DNA of 64,000 nt from Nanobdellati archaeon (GCA_019429005.1 JAHYJR010000001.1:136663-200662); one strand, 5' to 3'; counted from the stretch's first letter, positions 10,620 through 22,088 are shown. Notes: generated from the sequence alone by a model not told the origin. A program made the numbers and translations.

Positions 10620-12378
10620 TCAGATATTTTTATATTTAATTTGATATACAATAACATTATTGTATTTTATAATTTTATAAAACTTGGTTGTATTGTATTG
10701 TTTTAAAATAGTATCTAATTCTTTTTCTGAAAATTGTTTAATCATAGGTGTTTCAATAAAATAAATATTTTTTGGGTTTTGTATATTGTTACAATTATAT
10801 TTGTATAATATGCCTTTTGTATTGTAATAATTATCAAGATAATAATCATAAGGTGGTGTGTTGGTTCCATTTAAAAGAACAATACACGTTTGATTATTAA
10901 TATTCTGTATTAAATAATTTGAAACAGATCTTGTATCTCCACAGTTGCCATTATTTAGAGATGGTGTGTTATATGCATTATCGGTATAATATTGATAACC
11001 ATAAATTGTAAAAAAAACAATAATTGAAATATATAATATATTATAATATTTTTTGTTGATTTGTTTTATTATTGAATATATACTATAAGAGATTCCTGTA
11101 AATATTAGTGGTAATATATATATAAGTTCTTTCAAATGGTTGAACTTTTTGTATTATATTAAGAGATACTAGTATTATTGGGAACAGTATAAAAAAAGTT
11201 TTCCAGATGTCCGTTTTCTTTAGGTATATTAATATTGCACCAAGAACATAAAGAAAAATCCATAAACTATAATGTAGTGGCAAACCAAAGAAAATATACG
11301 AACTTAAATGTTCAACAAATAATATTGACTCTGAAAAAGTCCATATAAATGTCCCTTTAGAAATTTTAGTAAGACTTTCAAGTCCAGAAACAATAATTAC
11401 TGGAGAATATAATACAAATGTAGTGATTATTGTTGAACTCAAATAAATGATAAAACCATAAAGAATTTCTTTATTATTTGAGATTTTATCTTTAATTATA
11501 TATAGGATAAAAAACGAAATCACAATAAAAAAATGTAGCATTGAAGGTATTGTGTATAATGCTAGGCTCATAATGAAACCTAATGTTAACCAATATATGT
11601 TTTTGTTTGTTTTTAGTGCATAATGTGTTAATATTAATGATAATATACAAAAAGTGATAATCATACTATATCCACGTCCATCTGTGGAATATTGTATGTG
11701 AGGTTCTGATATTGACATAATTGTTGCCGTGAGTAATCCAACATCTTTGTTAAAAATAATTCGTGCAAAGATGTAACTCAATATTATCGATATTAGTCCA
11801 AATAAGAATGCAGGTAAACGTATAGCCATTTCAGAATTTCCAAATATATCTGTTGTGGTTTTAACAAAGATTGTATGTAATAAATGATTGTTTGGAACAT
11901 TATAAACCGATTGCGAAATGTATATTGGTTGCGATGCATATCTATTATATGAATATGCTTCATCAGTTCTTATAGGGTCATTAAGATGTGATATACGGAA
12001 TGTTATCGCAATAAATAGTATTATAAATAAAATAAACATATGTTTTTTTTCATTTTTAATTTTGTTTAATATTTTTTTAATTTGTTTTTTCGTAAATATC
12101 TCTATAAATTCCTTTTTGAGTCTGTTAAGATTTTGTTCAACCCATTTGTTTTTAATAAATAATAACAAACTTACCAATATTGTTAGTCCAGAATATATTT
12201 TTAATTTAGTTTGAATATTTTCAAAACGTTCAAGTGTACACCAACTATGTGTTTCATTTACAGAACCCGTTTGGCATTTATTTTGTATTGTTATCGGGTT
12301 TAATATAATTGATGCAATTAAGAACGAGATACTTGATATAATGAAAAAAAGGATAATATATAATGTTATTTTTTTCAT
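10620..12378 (-). pseudogene. GT-C glycosyltransferase split by a frameshift at a (TA)5 tract (track ORFs 11083..12378 and 10620..11135)
   Basis: RTDEAYSY, NNHLLH, RLPAFLFG, RGYS in the first ORF. One extra TA unit at 11115-11124 joins the two ORFs as ...PFERTYIYILPLIF... Confidence 0.8.
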
Positions 12379-12503
12379 AAGTATTATTTTATTTATTATT
12401 TTATAAATTTTATTATTTAAATTAGTAATAATATAAGTTATATTTTTAATTTATATTTAAATTATTTATTTTTATAATTTTTTTAACAGTTGTATTAATG
12501 GGT

Positions 12504-12569
12504 TCAAAACAGTTTTTGAATCATATTTAATCCTATAAAATCTGCACCACCTGTTACAAGATATTTCAT
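12504..12569 (-). pseudogene. 21-aa remnant of an NAD-dependent epimerase N-terminus (MKYLVTGGADFIGLNMIQKLF*)
   Basis: Decayed TGGAGFIG Rossmann motif; the 20 nt AAATATCTTGTAACAGGTGG are identical to the 5' end of the epimerase at ~35276. Confidence 0.75.
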
Positions 12570-12579
12570 AAGTACCAAA

Positions 12580-13593
12580 TCATATAATTATCAAACCAAT
12601 AATTCCAATAATAATTTCAAACCCAATTAATATAAGCACAATCTGTTTCTCACTAAATCGTCCAAGATGCATCACAACATGTGTAAGGGAATAATTTTTA
12701 TCATATTTGCATTTTAAGGTTCCATCTTTTTGCAGGCCCCCAAAGTTCTCAGCACTAAAACCTGTTCTTGCTTTTAGTATCAGTTCAATAAACCATGGTA
12801 TAAATAGAAATACTGCAAATTTTTCTATATTTCCAACGATTGCAGTTATTGCCGCAACGGCACCTATTGTGTATGCTAAGCTATCACCAGGCATAATCTT
12901 TGCAGGATACCAGTTCCACAACAAGAACGCGAGCAATGCCCCAACAAAGATCATAGATATTGCTGCTGCAAGAGAGGCTCCATGGAGATATGCATAAACT
13001 CCAAGAAATGATAATAAAACGGTACCTAATCCAGCTTCAAGTCCATTCATACCAGCAAGCATGTTTGTAGCATTAGACGCTCCAAAGATTCCAAGCGGTA
13101 TTAAGATTAAAGGATATATTAAACCGAAGTTTACAGAACCGATAAATGGTAACACCATTGTAGATGTTCCCGAATTGAGTACAACAAGAGGTATTGCGGC
13201 AGCAAGTGGCATGATAAATTTATGTCTTTGTTTAAACCCAACTCTTTTGAATGATTTATCATCTTGTTTTATGTTCCGTCCAAGAAGTGTAGATATATCA
13301 TCAAGCATACCGATTAATGTGATAATCATTATTGTCAGTATCGCACCAAGAAGTTCGGCTTTTAACGCATTTCCAGATGTTGTCAAAAATGTTATAAAAG
13401 CGACATACAACAATCCGCCTGCAAGAAAACCTATAAGTACAGGGAGACCACCCATTTCAGCAAGAGTTGGCTTATCTTTTTTCTGTATGTCTATGCCTGT
13501 AATTCCAACATTTTTTAAGAACCATATTGTTTTTGGTAAAATTAAGACTGTTGTAATAAATGCCAATAAGAATGCTGAAATAAAATATATCAT
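12580..13593 (-). CDS. aglH: UDP-GlcNAc:polyprenol-phosphate GlcNAc-1-phosphotransferase (GPT/Alg7/AglH, Glycos_transf_4)
   Basis: GIDIQK, EMGG, IGMLDD, NATNMLAGMNGLEAG, NWYPAKIMPGD. Confidence 0.85.
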   Translation of the reverse strand: MIYFISAFLLAFITTVLILPKTIWFLKNVGITGIDIQKKDKPTLAEMGGLPVLIGFLAGGLLYVAFITFLTTSGNALKAELLGAILTIMIITLIGMLDDISTLLGRNIKQDDKSFKRVGFKQRHKFIMPLAAAIPLVVLNSGTSTMVLPFIGSVNFGLIYPLILIPLGIFGASNATNMLAGMNGLEAGLGTVLLSFLGVYAYLHGASLAAAISMIFVGALLAFLLWNWYPAKIMPGDSLAYTIGAVAAITAIVGNIEKFAVFLFIPWFIELILKARTGFSAENFGGLQKDGTLKCKYDKNYSLTHVVMHLGRFSEKQIVLILIGFEIIIGIIGLIII

Positions 13594-13599
13594 GATAAA

Positions 13600-15831
13600 T
13601 CAACTTGAACTTACTTCGAGTGATTCAATGTTTTCAGTTGGAGTTATGCTTAATTCACCAAATCCTCGATTAAAATCAACTTTAAATATTTTAATTTCCG
13701 TATTATCATAGACTTTCTCAAGGAATGGTATTCCTGCACCATCAAACAAGTATAATTTTGCAAAGTTTGATATTCCTGCTTCTTTGTTTGGGTATGGCAT
13801 ATATATCCCAAATTTCGAAAGCACAATACATGCATCAAATGTTGGTTCAGGTGCACCAAGATCCAGAAGTCCTTGTGCTGTACATAAGTATTTTAAGTTA
13901 ACATCTCCATTAGCGGTTGAAAATACAATATTTCCTGAAAGTTCACCGTCTGTTCCTATTGGGATATAAAATGCATTGGATCCTATTGCAAATACTAGTA
14001 TTGTCTTATTACCTTGTTTTAATTGATTGACGGGTTGTCCAAGGGGTATAAAACTATCAACAAATTTAGCATCGTTTGCAATTTTACTCATAGCAGCATA
14101 CTTTCCAATTAAGGTATAATCGACAACAACATAATCAACAGAATTATTTTTGATTGTATCTTCAAGCTGGCTTATATTGGTGTATGTAAAGGCTTGACCT
14201 AACATTTCATTCATACCACCCATTTGATTACCACCATCACCCATTGAAGTTCGTTCACCTGCAGTCTGGAACCAGTACCCATAATCCCACCACGACATAA
14301 TGACTGAATCTGTTGGTGTATCTGTTTTAAGGAATTTCATAGCATTTTGCCAATTTGTATTAAGTCCAGGACCTGAAGACTTCATAACTGCAAGACCTGA
14401 TGCTAAATTAGAAAATAGTATAAGGAATATTGCAATTGCGGAAACAATTGAATATACATTAATCTTTTCTTCAATTGATTTTGCATTTTTCATAATCTCA
14501 AGATTCATAAGTATATCAATTATTTTTGAAATGAAATAGCCTCCAAGAAGTGCTGCAGGAAATCCAACTAAAAATATTAATCTAACAGATCTTAATGCAC
14601 CAAGGTATGAACTTGCAAGCCATATTATTGGAAGTAAATAAATCCACTTTTTCTTTTTTATTATTTCGTATGACGAATATAAGAAACCAAATATTGTAAA
14701 TATCCAAAGTGAGGTATATTTTAATATAGGGGCAAGTGAAGGGTATAGATTTCCAGCATAAAGTGCACTTAATTGGCCTGTAACTCCATTCCAATTTGTA
14801 GGGTTATTTTCCGCAACTGTTGATCCTACAGTTCCGTGACTAAAATGTACAAGGGAACTTATTGTAAGGAAGAGTCTTGCAATAGTTTGTGAAAATAAGG
14901 ATAAGAATAGACCAATTAAAAATAATACAATTATTGTGACAGGTACCACATATTTTAAGTTTTCAGGTTTTATTAAGTTCATCTTTTCTGAAAAATGTCT
15001 TATTGTAATTATAATAAACACAGTTAATGTAATTAGACCATAATTATCAAATAATTTTACTGCAGATGTTGTTGAAAATAGTGTAGGTATTATAAGTGGT
15101 ATTAATGTTGTAAATACGTATGTGCGATATAATGATTTTTCTTGTTTATTTAAAAAATATATAATTAATGTAAATGCTGGTATTAACAAAAAGAGAAATG
15201 TTGCACCACCCCAAACCATATTCATAACTGTGAGCGATAATCCTGCATTAATAGCAGATATTTTTGAGTCTTTTTTAATTGCTCTTACAAAAAAATAAAG
15301 AGCCAAAAGCATGAAAAGACCACCAATTGGTTCTTTTTCAACTACACTTGCAGAAGTTCTATGAAGTGTTCCAGGTGTTACAGCAATAAAGAATGCTGCT
15401 AATAGTCCTGCCTTTTTACCGTATAATTCTTTTCCTAAGAAAAACATAGCTAGTGCAAAAAGTCCACCAAATAAGGCAGGGAAATATAACATTGCTTGAT
15501 AATATGTCATTGGTATTATAGTATTTAGTACTTTATAGAATATTCCTGGTGTATAAAGCATCATTGGAAACTCTGAATGAGGATCCCAACCATAGGGATA
15601 ATATCGCATTGTATCATTATCTGGAAGATGAAAATCGTTATTCATTGTAGTTTCAGCCATTCTGTAATGATAAAATGGGTCTAGATTAAGTAGGCAGACA
15701 ACACCGTCAACACAGTTTTCAAGAGATGCTGCAGGCTGCATTCTTATGTAAAATCCTAAAATAATTATTAATATAAGCGGTATTACATACCAGAATTCTT
15801 TTAGCTGTTTTTTAACTTTTTTATTATTCAT
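13600..15831 (-). CDS. aglB: Oligosaccharyltransferase STT3/AglB
   Basis: DPFYHYR, EKE, STVAEN and SWWDYGYW motifs; multi-TM N-terminal domain plus soluble C-terminal domain. Confidence 0.95.
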   Translation of the reverse strand: MNNKKVKKQLKEFWYVIPLILIIILGFYIRMQPAASLENCVDGVVCLLNLDPFYHYRMAETTMNNDFHLPDNDTMRYYPYGWDPHSEFPMMLYTPGIFYKVLNTIIPMTYYQAMLYFPALFGGLFALAMFFLGKELYGKKAGLLAAFFIAVTPGTLHRTSASVVEKEPIGGLFMLLALYFFVRAIKKDSKISAINAGLSLTVMNMVWGGATFLFLLIPAFTLIIYFLNKQEKSLYRTYVFTTLIPLIIPTLFSTTSAVKLFDNYGLITLTVFIIITIRHFSEKMNLIKPENLKYVVPVTIIVLFLIGLFLSLFSQTIARLFLTISSLVHFSHGTVGSTVAENNPTNWNGVTGQLSALYAGNLYPSLAPILKYTSLWIFTIFGFLYSSYEIIKKKKWIYLLPIIWLASSYLGALRSVRLIFLVGFPAALLGGYFISKIIDILMNLEIMKNAKSIEEKINVYSIVSAIAIFLILFSNLASGLAVMKSSGPGLNTNWQNAMKFLKTDTPTDSVIMSWWDYGYWFQTAGERTSMGDGGNQMGGMNEMLGQAFTYTNISQLEDTIKNNSVDYVVVDYTLIGKYAAMSKIANDAKFVDSFIPLGQPVNQLKQGNKTILVFAIGSNAFYIPIGTDGELSGNIVFSTANGDVNLKYLCTAQGLLDLGAPEPTFDACIVLSKFGIYMPYPNKEAGISNFAKLYLFDGAGIPFLEKVYDNTEIKIFKVDFNRGFGELSITPTENIESLEVSSS

Positions 15832-15893
15832 ACGAATCCTTTATACGGATTATATAGTGAGATTTATATGTTTTTGTTTTTGAATAATTATTT

Positions 15894-17309
15894 ATGAAAA
15901 TATCCAAAAATCTTGTTAATTTTTTAATACTTATTTTATTATACATTACAATTTATATATGGATTTTTCCGGAAGACGCATATTATCCAGATATGGGATC
16001 CTATATTTCCTTAGCATATGATTTATCACAAGGTGGATATGGGGCAGGTCTTTTTTTTAGAGGTATAACAATACCATTATTAATTTATATTGGTATACAA
16101 ATCGGTTTATCATTAACATCTATATTATATATTTATCCTTTTTTATTTGGACTTCTTTTGATTATTTCAACATATTATATGTCCGATATTTTTTCAAAAT
16201 ATAAAACAATACCTGTTTTAGTTTTATTATCAACATTTTCTTTTTGGCAATGGACACCCTTTTTACTTGCAGACATTTTATTTGCTGCATTTTTTACATT
16301 TTCGCTGTATTTCTTTTATCGTTTTGTAAGTAATTCAACTCATTATGTTTATTTTTGTTTATTTTTTACATTACTTTCAGTTTTAACCAAAGTTACGGCA
16401 TGGGTATTGTTTCCAATATATATCACATACCTTATTTATTCACGAAATTTGAGCCTAATTAAAAATAAAGACGTGATACTAAGTTTAATTTTATTTAGTT
16501 TTTTAATTTCATCAATATTTCTTTATTTTAGTTCATTATATGGTGGTTTGGGTTTAACGTCATCAATACCAACAAAAGCATTTTATAAAGATATTAGTTA
16601 TTATATTTTTAATTTTTTACTTATACCGTGGACATATATTTTTGTTTATGGGTTATTTAAATTAGGCAAAAAAATAGATAATAAAACAGCATTTATATTA
16701 ATTTCATTTATAATACCCTTTGTCTTTTTACATCTGATAAATGAGAAAATTATACGTTATATTTTATTTATTTTTCCTGTATTTGCTATTTTTATTGAGA
16801 TGTCGTTTAGAAAAATTGCATTGAACAAACGCAAAATAATATTTTATGTCTTTTTAATTTTTGCAATGTTACAAGTCTTCATGATATCAATACCAATTCA
16901 GGATATTTATGGTGGTGCAGGACAACTTACAGATTCGTTAAAAAAGACTGAAAGTATTATTGCAACAAACTCTGTGATGGTGTATGATCAATCTTTTTCA
17001 GGACGGCTTGTGTCTTTACCGATTAATGGATTAAATTCAGAATGGATTGAAAATAATAATATTAGTTATGTTGTATTGTCTTTAACAGACGAAATTACAC
17101 AGAATCCAGATATAACTTATTATAAACCAAAAATAGGACCTTTTGATATTTCGCTTTTATTAGATAATCGTCCAAAATTTGTAATGAGTTGGTGGGTTGA
17201 TTATCCTTTTAATTCAGAGAATTATCTTTTTATGGATAATAATTATTTGATCTCTGACATAATTAAGAAAAATAATAAGACTATTTTTTTAATTTATAAA
17301 ATCTCTTAA
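15894..17309 (+). CDS. GT-C (PMT_2-like) membrane glycosyltransferase, paralog family A
   Basis: YPDMGSY, FRGITIP, LLADIL, LTKVTA, KIIRY; C-terminal domain shared with 6383 and 23359 genes. Confidence 0.8.
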   Translation: MKISKNLVNFLILILLYITIYIWIFPEDAYYPDMGSYISLAYDLSQGGYGAGLFFRGITIPLLIYIGIQIGLSLTSILYIYPFLFGLLLIISTYYMSDIFSKYKTIPVLVLLSTFSFWQWTPFLLADILFAAFFTFSLYFFYRFVSNSTHYVYFCLFFTLLSVLTKVTAWVLFPIYITYLIYSRNLSLIKNKDVILSLILFSFLISSIFLYFSSLYGGLGLTSSIPTKAFYKDISYYIFNFLLIPWTYIFVYGLFKLGKKIDNKTAFILISFIIPFVFLHLINEKIIRYILFIFPVFAIFIEMSFRKIALNKRKIIFYVFLIFAMLQVFMISIPIQDIYGGAGQLTDSLKKTESIIATNSVMVYDQSFSGRLVSLPINGLNSEWIENNNISYVVLSLTDEITQNPDITYYKPKIGPFDISLLLDNRPKFVMSWWVDYPFNSENYLFMDNNYLISDIIKKNNKTIFLIYKIS

Positions 17310-17394
17310 TATTGTTATTTAACCTAAAAGTAATTACAATATTTAACAATATTATTATAGATAACTAAAAGGTTTTTTATTTTTTTAATAACAA

Positions 17395-18354
17395 TTATAT
17401 AATACCTTTAGATTTAGTTTTATTACTTTTACACCAATCAACATGTTTTTGAAGTCCCGTTTTTATATCTATTTTTGGCTCGTAACCTAATTCTTTTTTT
17501 GCTTTAGAGATATCTGCACTTGTGTTTTTAACATCCCCTTGTTGTTCAGATATTTGGATTTTATTTATTTTATTATCTAGCAATTCATTTAATGTATCTA
17601 ATATATCATTTAATGGTTTTCTTGAACCACCACCAAGATTATATGCACCTGCACCATTTTGTGATGCTAGTATTGTACCATCTACAATGTCACTAACATA
17701 CGTAAAGTCACGAGTCTGCGTTCCATCTCCATAGATTTCAATTGTTTCGTTATTTAATGTTTTTGTAATGAATTTTGTAAATGCTTCATCAGGTCTTTGT
17801 CGTGGTCCATACACTGTAAAATATCTTAGTGAAGTTGTATTTAATCCATATAGCTTTGAATACATTTCACACCAATGTTCACAATGCATTTTAGATAATG
17901 CATATGGGGATATTGGATCTAAAACATGATTCTCTTGTACTGGAAGATCTTTTTCAGCCACATCACCATATACTGACGAACTTGAAGCAAAAACAAATTT
18001 ATTTATGTTATTTTTACAAGCGGCATCAAGAAGTATGTTTGTACCCAAGATATTCGATTCAACATATTTTGTAGGATTTTGTATCGAATTTCTAACACCT
18101 GCTATTGCTGCAAGATGATATATTATATCAACATTTTTTGTGATTTTATTTATTGTGTCTTTATTTAATATTGAATCTTGTACAAATTCAAAATTATCAT
18201 ATTTTTTTAAGATTTTTAAATTTTGTTTTTTTAAGTTCTCTAAATAGTAGTCATCAAAATTATCTATACCGATTATCTTATTTCCTTCGGAAAGCAATTT
18301 TTCAGTAAGATGGGAACCTATAAAACCACAAGTTCCTGTTATTAGGATTGACAT
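17395..18354 (-). CDS. NAD-dependent nucleotide-sugar epimerase (UDP-glucuronate 4-epimerase-like)
   Basis: TGTCGFIG; HLAAIAGVRNS; ASSSSVYG; PYALSK; RYFTVYGPRQRPD. ATG at 18354 (MSILITG) preferred. Confidence 0.88.
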   Translation of the reverse strand: MSILITGTCGFIGSHLTEKLLSEGNKIIGIDNFDDYYLENLKKQNLKILKKYDNFEFVQDSILNKDTINKITKNVDIIYHLAAIAGVRNSIQNPTKYVESNILGTNILLDAACKNNINKFVFASSSSVYGDVAEKDLPVQENHVLDPISPYALSKMHCEHWCEMYSKLYGLNTTSLRYFTVYGPRQRPDEAFTKFITKTLNNETIEIYGDGTQTRDFTYVSDIVDGTILASQNGAGAYNLGGGSRKPLNDILDTLNELLDNKINKIQISEQQGDVKNTSADISKAKKELGYEPKIDIKTGLQKHVDWCKSNKTKSKGII

Positions 18355-18424
18355 AATATATATTATAACCAATAACATTAAAAAACTTAAGTTATTATTA
18401 TAATTATAACCTCGGTGTTTTCAA

Positions 18425-19282
18425 ATGAAAGATTTAATTTCTATAATAATTCCCGCTTTTAATGAAGAAAAATCAATAAACAATACAATTGTTGAAGTTA
18501 AAAGTGTACTTAATAAATCGTATGATAATTATGAGATTATTGTCATTAATGATGGTTCTAAAGACAAAACAAGTGAAATAATTAAAAAAATAAAAGATAT
18601 TAAAATTATTAATCATGAAATTAATTATGGTTATGGTGCTGCACTTAAGTCTGGTTTAAATGTGTCAAAAGGTGTTTGGATTCTGATTACAGATAGTGAC
18701 GGAACATACCCTATAAAAGAAATTCCTAAATTATTAAAACATATTAATAATTATGATATGATTATAGGTTCAAGAGCCAAAAAAAATATACCTTTAGTTA
18801 GAAAACCTGCAAAATGGTTTTTAGGCAAATTTGCTGAATATATTACAGGTAAAAAAATACCCGATTTGAATTCTGGATTAAGATTGTTTAAAAAAGATCT
18901 TGCTATGCGTTTTTATACCCTATATCCAGAAGGTTTTTCATTTACAACAACAATAACGGTTGCATCTTTAATAAATAAATATAATGTTAAATTTGTTGAT
19001 ATAGAATATTTTAAGAGGTCTGGAACATCCACAATACACCCTGTTAAAGATTTTATTGGTTTTACAACTCTTATATTGCGTTTAGGTATCTTTTTTAATC
19101 CTCTAAATGTTTTTTTACCCATAAGTTTTTTTTTATTTATTTTTGGTGCTATTAAATTATCTATTGATTTTATAAATTTAAACTCTTTTGGTTTAGGTGG
19201 TGTTATGTTGGTACTTATGGCGATACAAATTACTTTAATGGGTATGATGTCTGAATTGATAATTAAGAGAACAAAATTATGA
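18425..19282 (+). CDS. GT2 glycosyltransferase with C-terminal TM helices
   Basis: IIIPAFNEE, NDGSKD, NYGYGAALK, TDSDGTY, DLNSGLR, PEGFSFTTT. Confidence 0.9.
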   Translation: MKDLISIIIPAFNEEKSINNTIVEVKSVLNKSYDNYEIIVINDGSKDKTSEIIKKIKDIKIINHEINYGYGAALKSGLNVSKGVWILITDSDGTYPIKEIPKLLKHINNYDMIIGSRAKKNIPLVRKPAKWFLGKFAEYITGKKIPDLNSGLRLFKKDLAMRFYTLYPEGFSFTTTITVASLINKYNVKFVDIEYFKRSGTSTIHPVKDFIGFTTLILRLGIFFNPLNVFLPISFFLFIFGAIKLSIDFINLNSFGLGGVMLVLMAIQITLMGMMSELIIKRTKL

Positions 19283-19295
19283 TTTTTGTGATTGT

Positions 19296-20010
19296 ATGGT
19301 TGAAACTGATGCTACAAAAAATTTGATGCTTACCGATAAAAATCTAAATTTTACAAATTGGCTTTATAGTGAGATTCAACCTTATATTTTGGGGTAATGT
19401 TTTAGATGTTGGTAGTGGTATTGGAACTTATTCAAAAAAATTATATAGTTCTGTTAAAGGCAATCTGTTTTTAACTGATATAGATTATAAAAATTTAAAA
19501 AAACTTGAAAATTTATTTAAAAACAAAAAAAAGGTCACAATCAAAAAATTAGATATTACTAGTAAAAAAGATATTCAATCTATTAAAAATAAATTTGATA
19601 CAATAATTTGTTTAAATGTTTTAGAACATATTGAAGATGATTTGATTGCGTTAAAAAATATGTCTAGTTTACTGTCGGATACGGGTCAAATAATTTTATT
19701 AGTTCCAGCCCATAATTTTTTATATAATTCTTTAGATATTGCAATGTCGCACAAAAGGAGATATAGTAAAAAAAGTCTTAAATATTTGATACATTCTACA
19801 AATTTAAGTATTAAATGTTTATTTTTTTATAACTTTTTTTCAATATTCGCATGGTTTATTAATGGTAATATTTTAAAGAAGCGTATAGTAAATAAAACAG
19901 CATATTCCTTATTTAATAAATTAGTACCTTTATTACGTTTATTTGAAAAGTATAAATCTATAAGATTAACAGGTATTAGTCTTATCGGTATTTGCAAAAA
20001 AAATATTTAA
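19296..20010 (+). pseudogene. Class I SAM methyltransferase frameshifted at TTTTGGGG (19387-19394)
   Basis: ATG 19296 (preceded by GTGAT) reads MVETDATKNL...NWLYSEIQPYILG*. Removing one base continues into NVLDVGSGIG of track ORF 19369..20010. Confidence 0.75.
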
Positions 20011-21929
20011 AGTTGTATTTTTATCTTATGATTTTCATTTATAAACAGCTCATGCCATATTTCAAAATTAAGAATATTCCATATTTGTCTACTGTAATAT
20101 AATTTAGTTTTATCTTTATTTGAAAATAATTTAGTTGTATTTATCTGGTTAAAATATCCCTGTTTTTCAATAATTTGTTTATTTGCAAATCGATTAATTA
20201 GGTAGGACATTTCATCAGTCCATTGTTCTATAGGGACATAAAATGTTTGTTTTTTTCGTTTAAGAATCTGTTTAGGCAATATTGGTTGTATTGCTTTTTT
20301 GAAGATATATTTTGTTTTTAATCCATTCATCTTTAAATTGGGAGGTATTTTAAATGCTAATTCAACCAATTTATGGTCTAAAAATGGAACTCGCGCTTCA
20401 ATTGAATGTGCCATACCCATTTTATCAGGTTTCATAAGAAAATCTTCAGGTAATACGGTTTTAGTGTCAAGATATAATACCTGATTTAAGAAATCCCATT
20501 TATTTGAAAAATAGGTTTTATTATACATATCATAATTTGTAAAATCAGGTATTTTTTTGATTATTTGTTCATTTAATATATTTTTACGTTCCTCTTCATC
20601 AAAGATTGAAATAATCTCTAGATAACTTTTTGCTTTATTTTCAGGCATCTCTGTTACGAATTTAGCAAATCTATTAATCATTTTATTTCCCGTTTTTTTA
20701 CTATATTTATAAAATATATTCAGTACTTCGGATGGTATTATTTTCATAAGTTTTGGCAAAACCGTTTTAATATTCATAGGAATATTTCTTATATTATAAC
20801 CCATTTTAAGAAACTTGTATTGGTCATAACCTGCAAAAAGTTCATCTGCACCATCACCAGTTAAAACAATTTTTACTTTTTTTTGAGCCATTTCAGATAA
20901 TTTATAATTTGGTATTATTGCGGGGTCAGATATTGGTTCATCAAGATGCCATAACATTTTAGGTAATTCTTCTAAGATTTTTGAATTTATGATAACTTCT
21001 TTATGTTCTGTAGAGAAATAATCACTTGTTTCTTTTGCATAACTTAATTCATTATATTCCGAAATATTTTCAAAACCAACAGAGTATGTACGTAATGTTT
21101 TTTCAGGATTAATCTTTTTTATGTATGCTAATATTGCACTTGAATCTAAGCCACCACTTAAAAAGAGACCTATAGGCACATCACCAACAAGCCTTTTTTC
21201 AACTGCTTCTTCAATAAGTGTTTGTATTTTTTTGATAAAATATTGTTCAGTTTTTTTTGTTATATCTTCTTTAATATCCCAATATTGTTTTATATTGAGC
21301 TTTTTTTGATTTAAATCATATATCATAAAATGTCCAGGTTCTAATTTGAATATATTTTGTAATATTGTCTCATGTCCTGGCATATAACGCAACATTAACA
21401 TTTTATTTAAAACATTAACATTTACTGTTCTTTTTAATTCATATTCTAATATTGCTTTGATTTCAGATGCAAAAATAAAAGAATCATTTTGGTTATAATA
21501 ATATAGTGGTTTTTTCCCTAATCTATCTCTTGCAACAAATATTTTTTTATTTTTTTTATCATATATTGCAAAAGCAAACATACCTTCAAAATATGATAAA
21601 CAATTTACCCCATATTCTTCATATGTATGAATTATTGTTTCTGTATCTGTATTACTGTGAAATTTATGTCCTTTAGCTTCTAATTTAATTCTAATTTGTT
21701 TGAAATTATATATTTCACCATTGAATATAATTAATATTGATTCATCTTCATTATACATGGGTTGTTTTCCATTTATACTAAGATCAATTATACTTAATCT
21801 TTTGTGTCCTAAAGAAATGTATTTATCTGTATAGTATCCATCTTGATCAGGACCTCTATAATGGATCGTTTTTGCCATTTTTTCAATTAATTGTTTGTCA
21901 TCCCAATTAAATCCGCAGATACCACACAT
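20007..21929 (-). CDS. asnB: Asparagine synthase (glutamine-hydrolysing)-like amidotransferase, copy 1
   Basis: MCGICG, RGPD, RLSIID, NGEIYN, LSGGLDSS, GDGADE, EARVPFLD. Confidence 0.93.
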   Translation of the reverse strand: MCGICGFNWDDKQLIEKMAKTIHYRGPDQDGYYTDKYISLGHKRLSIIDLSINGKQPMYNEDESILIIFNGEIYNFKQIRIKLEAKGHKFHSNTDTETIIHTYEEYGVNCLSYFEGMFAFAIYDKKNKKIFVARDRLGKKPLYYYNQNDSFIFASEIKAILEYELKRTVNVNVLNKMLMLRYMPGHETILQNIFKLEPGHFMIYDLNQKKLNIKQYWDIKEDITKKTEQYFIKKIQTLIEEAVEKRLVGDVPIGLFLSGGLDSSAILAYIKKINPEKTLRTYSVGFENISEYNELSYAKETSDYFSTEHKEVIINSKILEELPKMLWHLDEPISDPAIIPNYKLSEMAQKKVKIVLTGDGADELFAGYDQYKFLKMGYNIRNIPMNIKTVLPKLMKIIPSEVLNIFYKYSKKTGNKMINRFAKFVTEMPENKAKSYLEIISIFDEEERKNILNEQIIKKIPDFTNYDMYNKTYFSNKWDFLNQVLYLDTKTVLPEDFLMKPDKMGMAHSIEARVPFLDHKLVELAFKIPPNLKMNGLKTKYIFKKAIQPILPKQILKRKKQTFYVPIEQWTDEMSYLINRFANKQIIEKQGYFNQINTTKLFSNKDKTKLYYSRQIWNILNFEIWHELFINENHKIKIQL

Positions 21930-22088
21930 ATATCTTGTTTTGTTGTTAAGAAATTTAAATATATGTTGTTAAGTTATAATTATTTAAAAACATTTATTTT
22001 TATACTATTTTTAACTTTTTTTTAAATAATTTTTATATTAGAGATTCTTTTATATTATTTTATATTAAAAAATATTTGTGATTTAAAA

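Noticed and set aside
13061-13711. 216-aa plus-strand ORF and other short overlapping ORFs in the track (e.g. 2617..3042, 6879..7343, 35725..36153, 43396..43602)
   Set aside because: Antisense or alternate-frame shadows of well-supported genes, with no motifs
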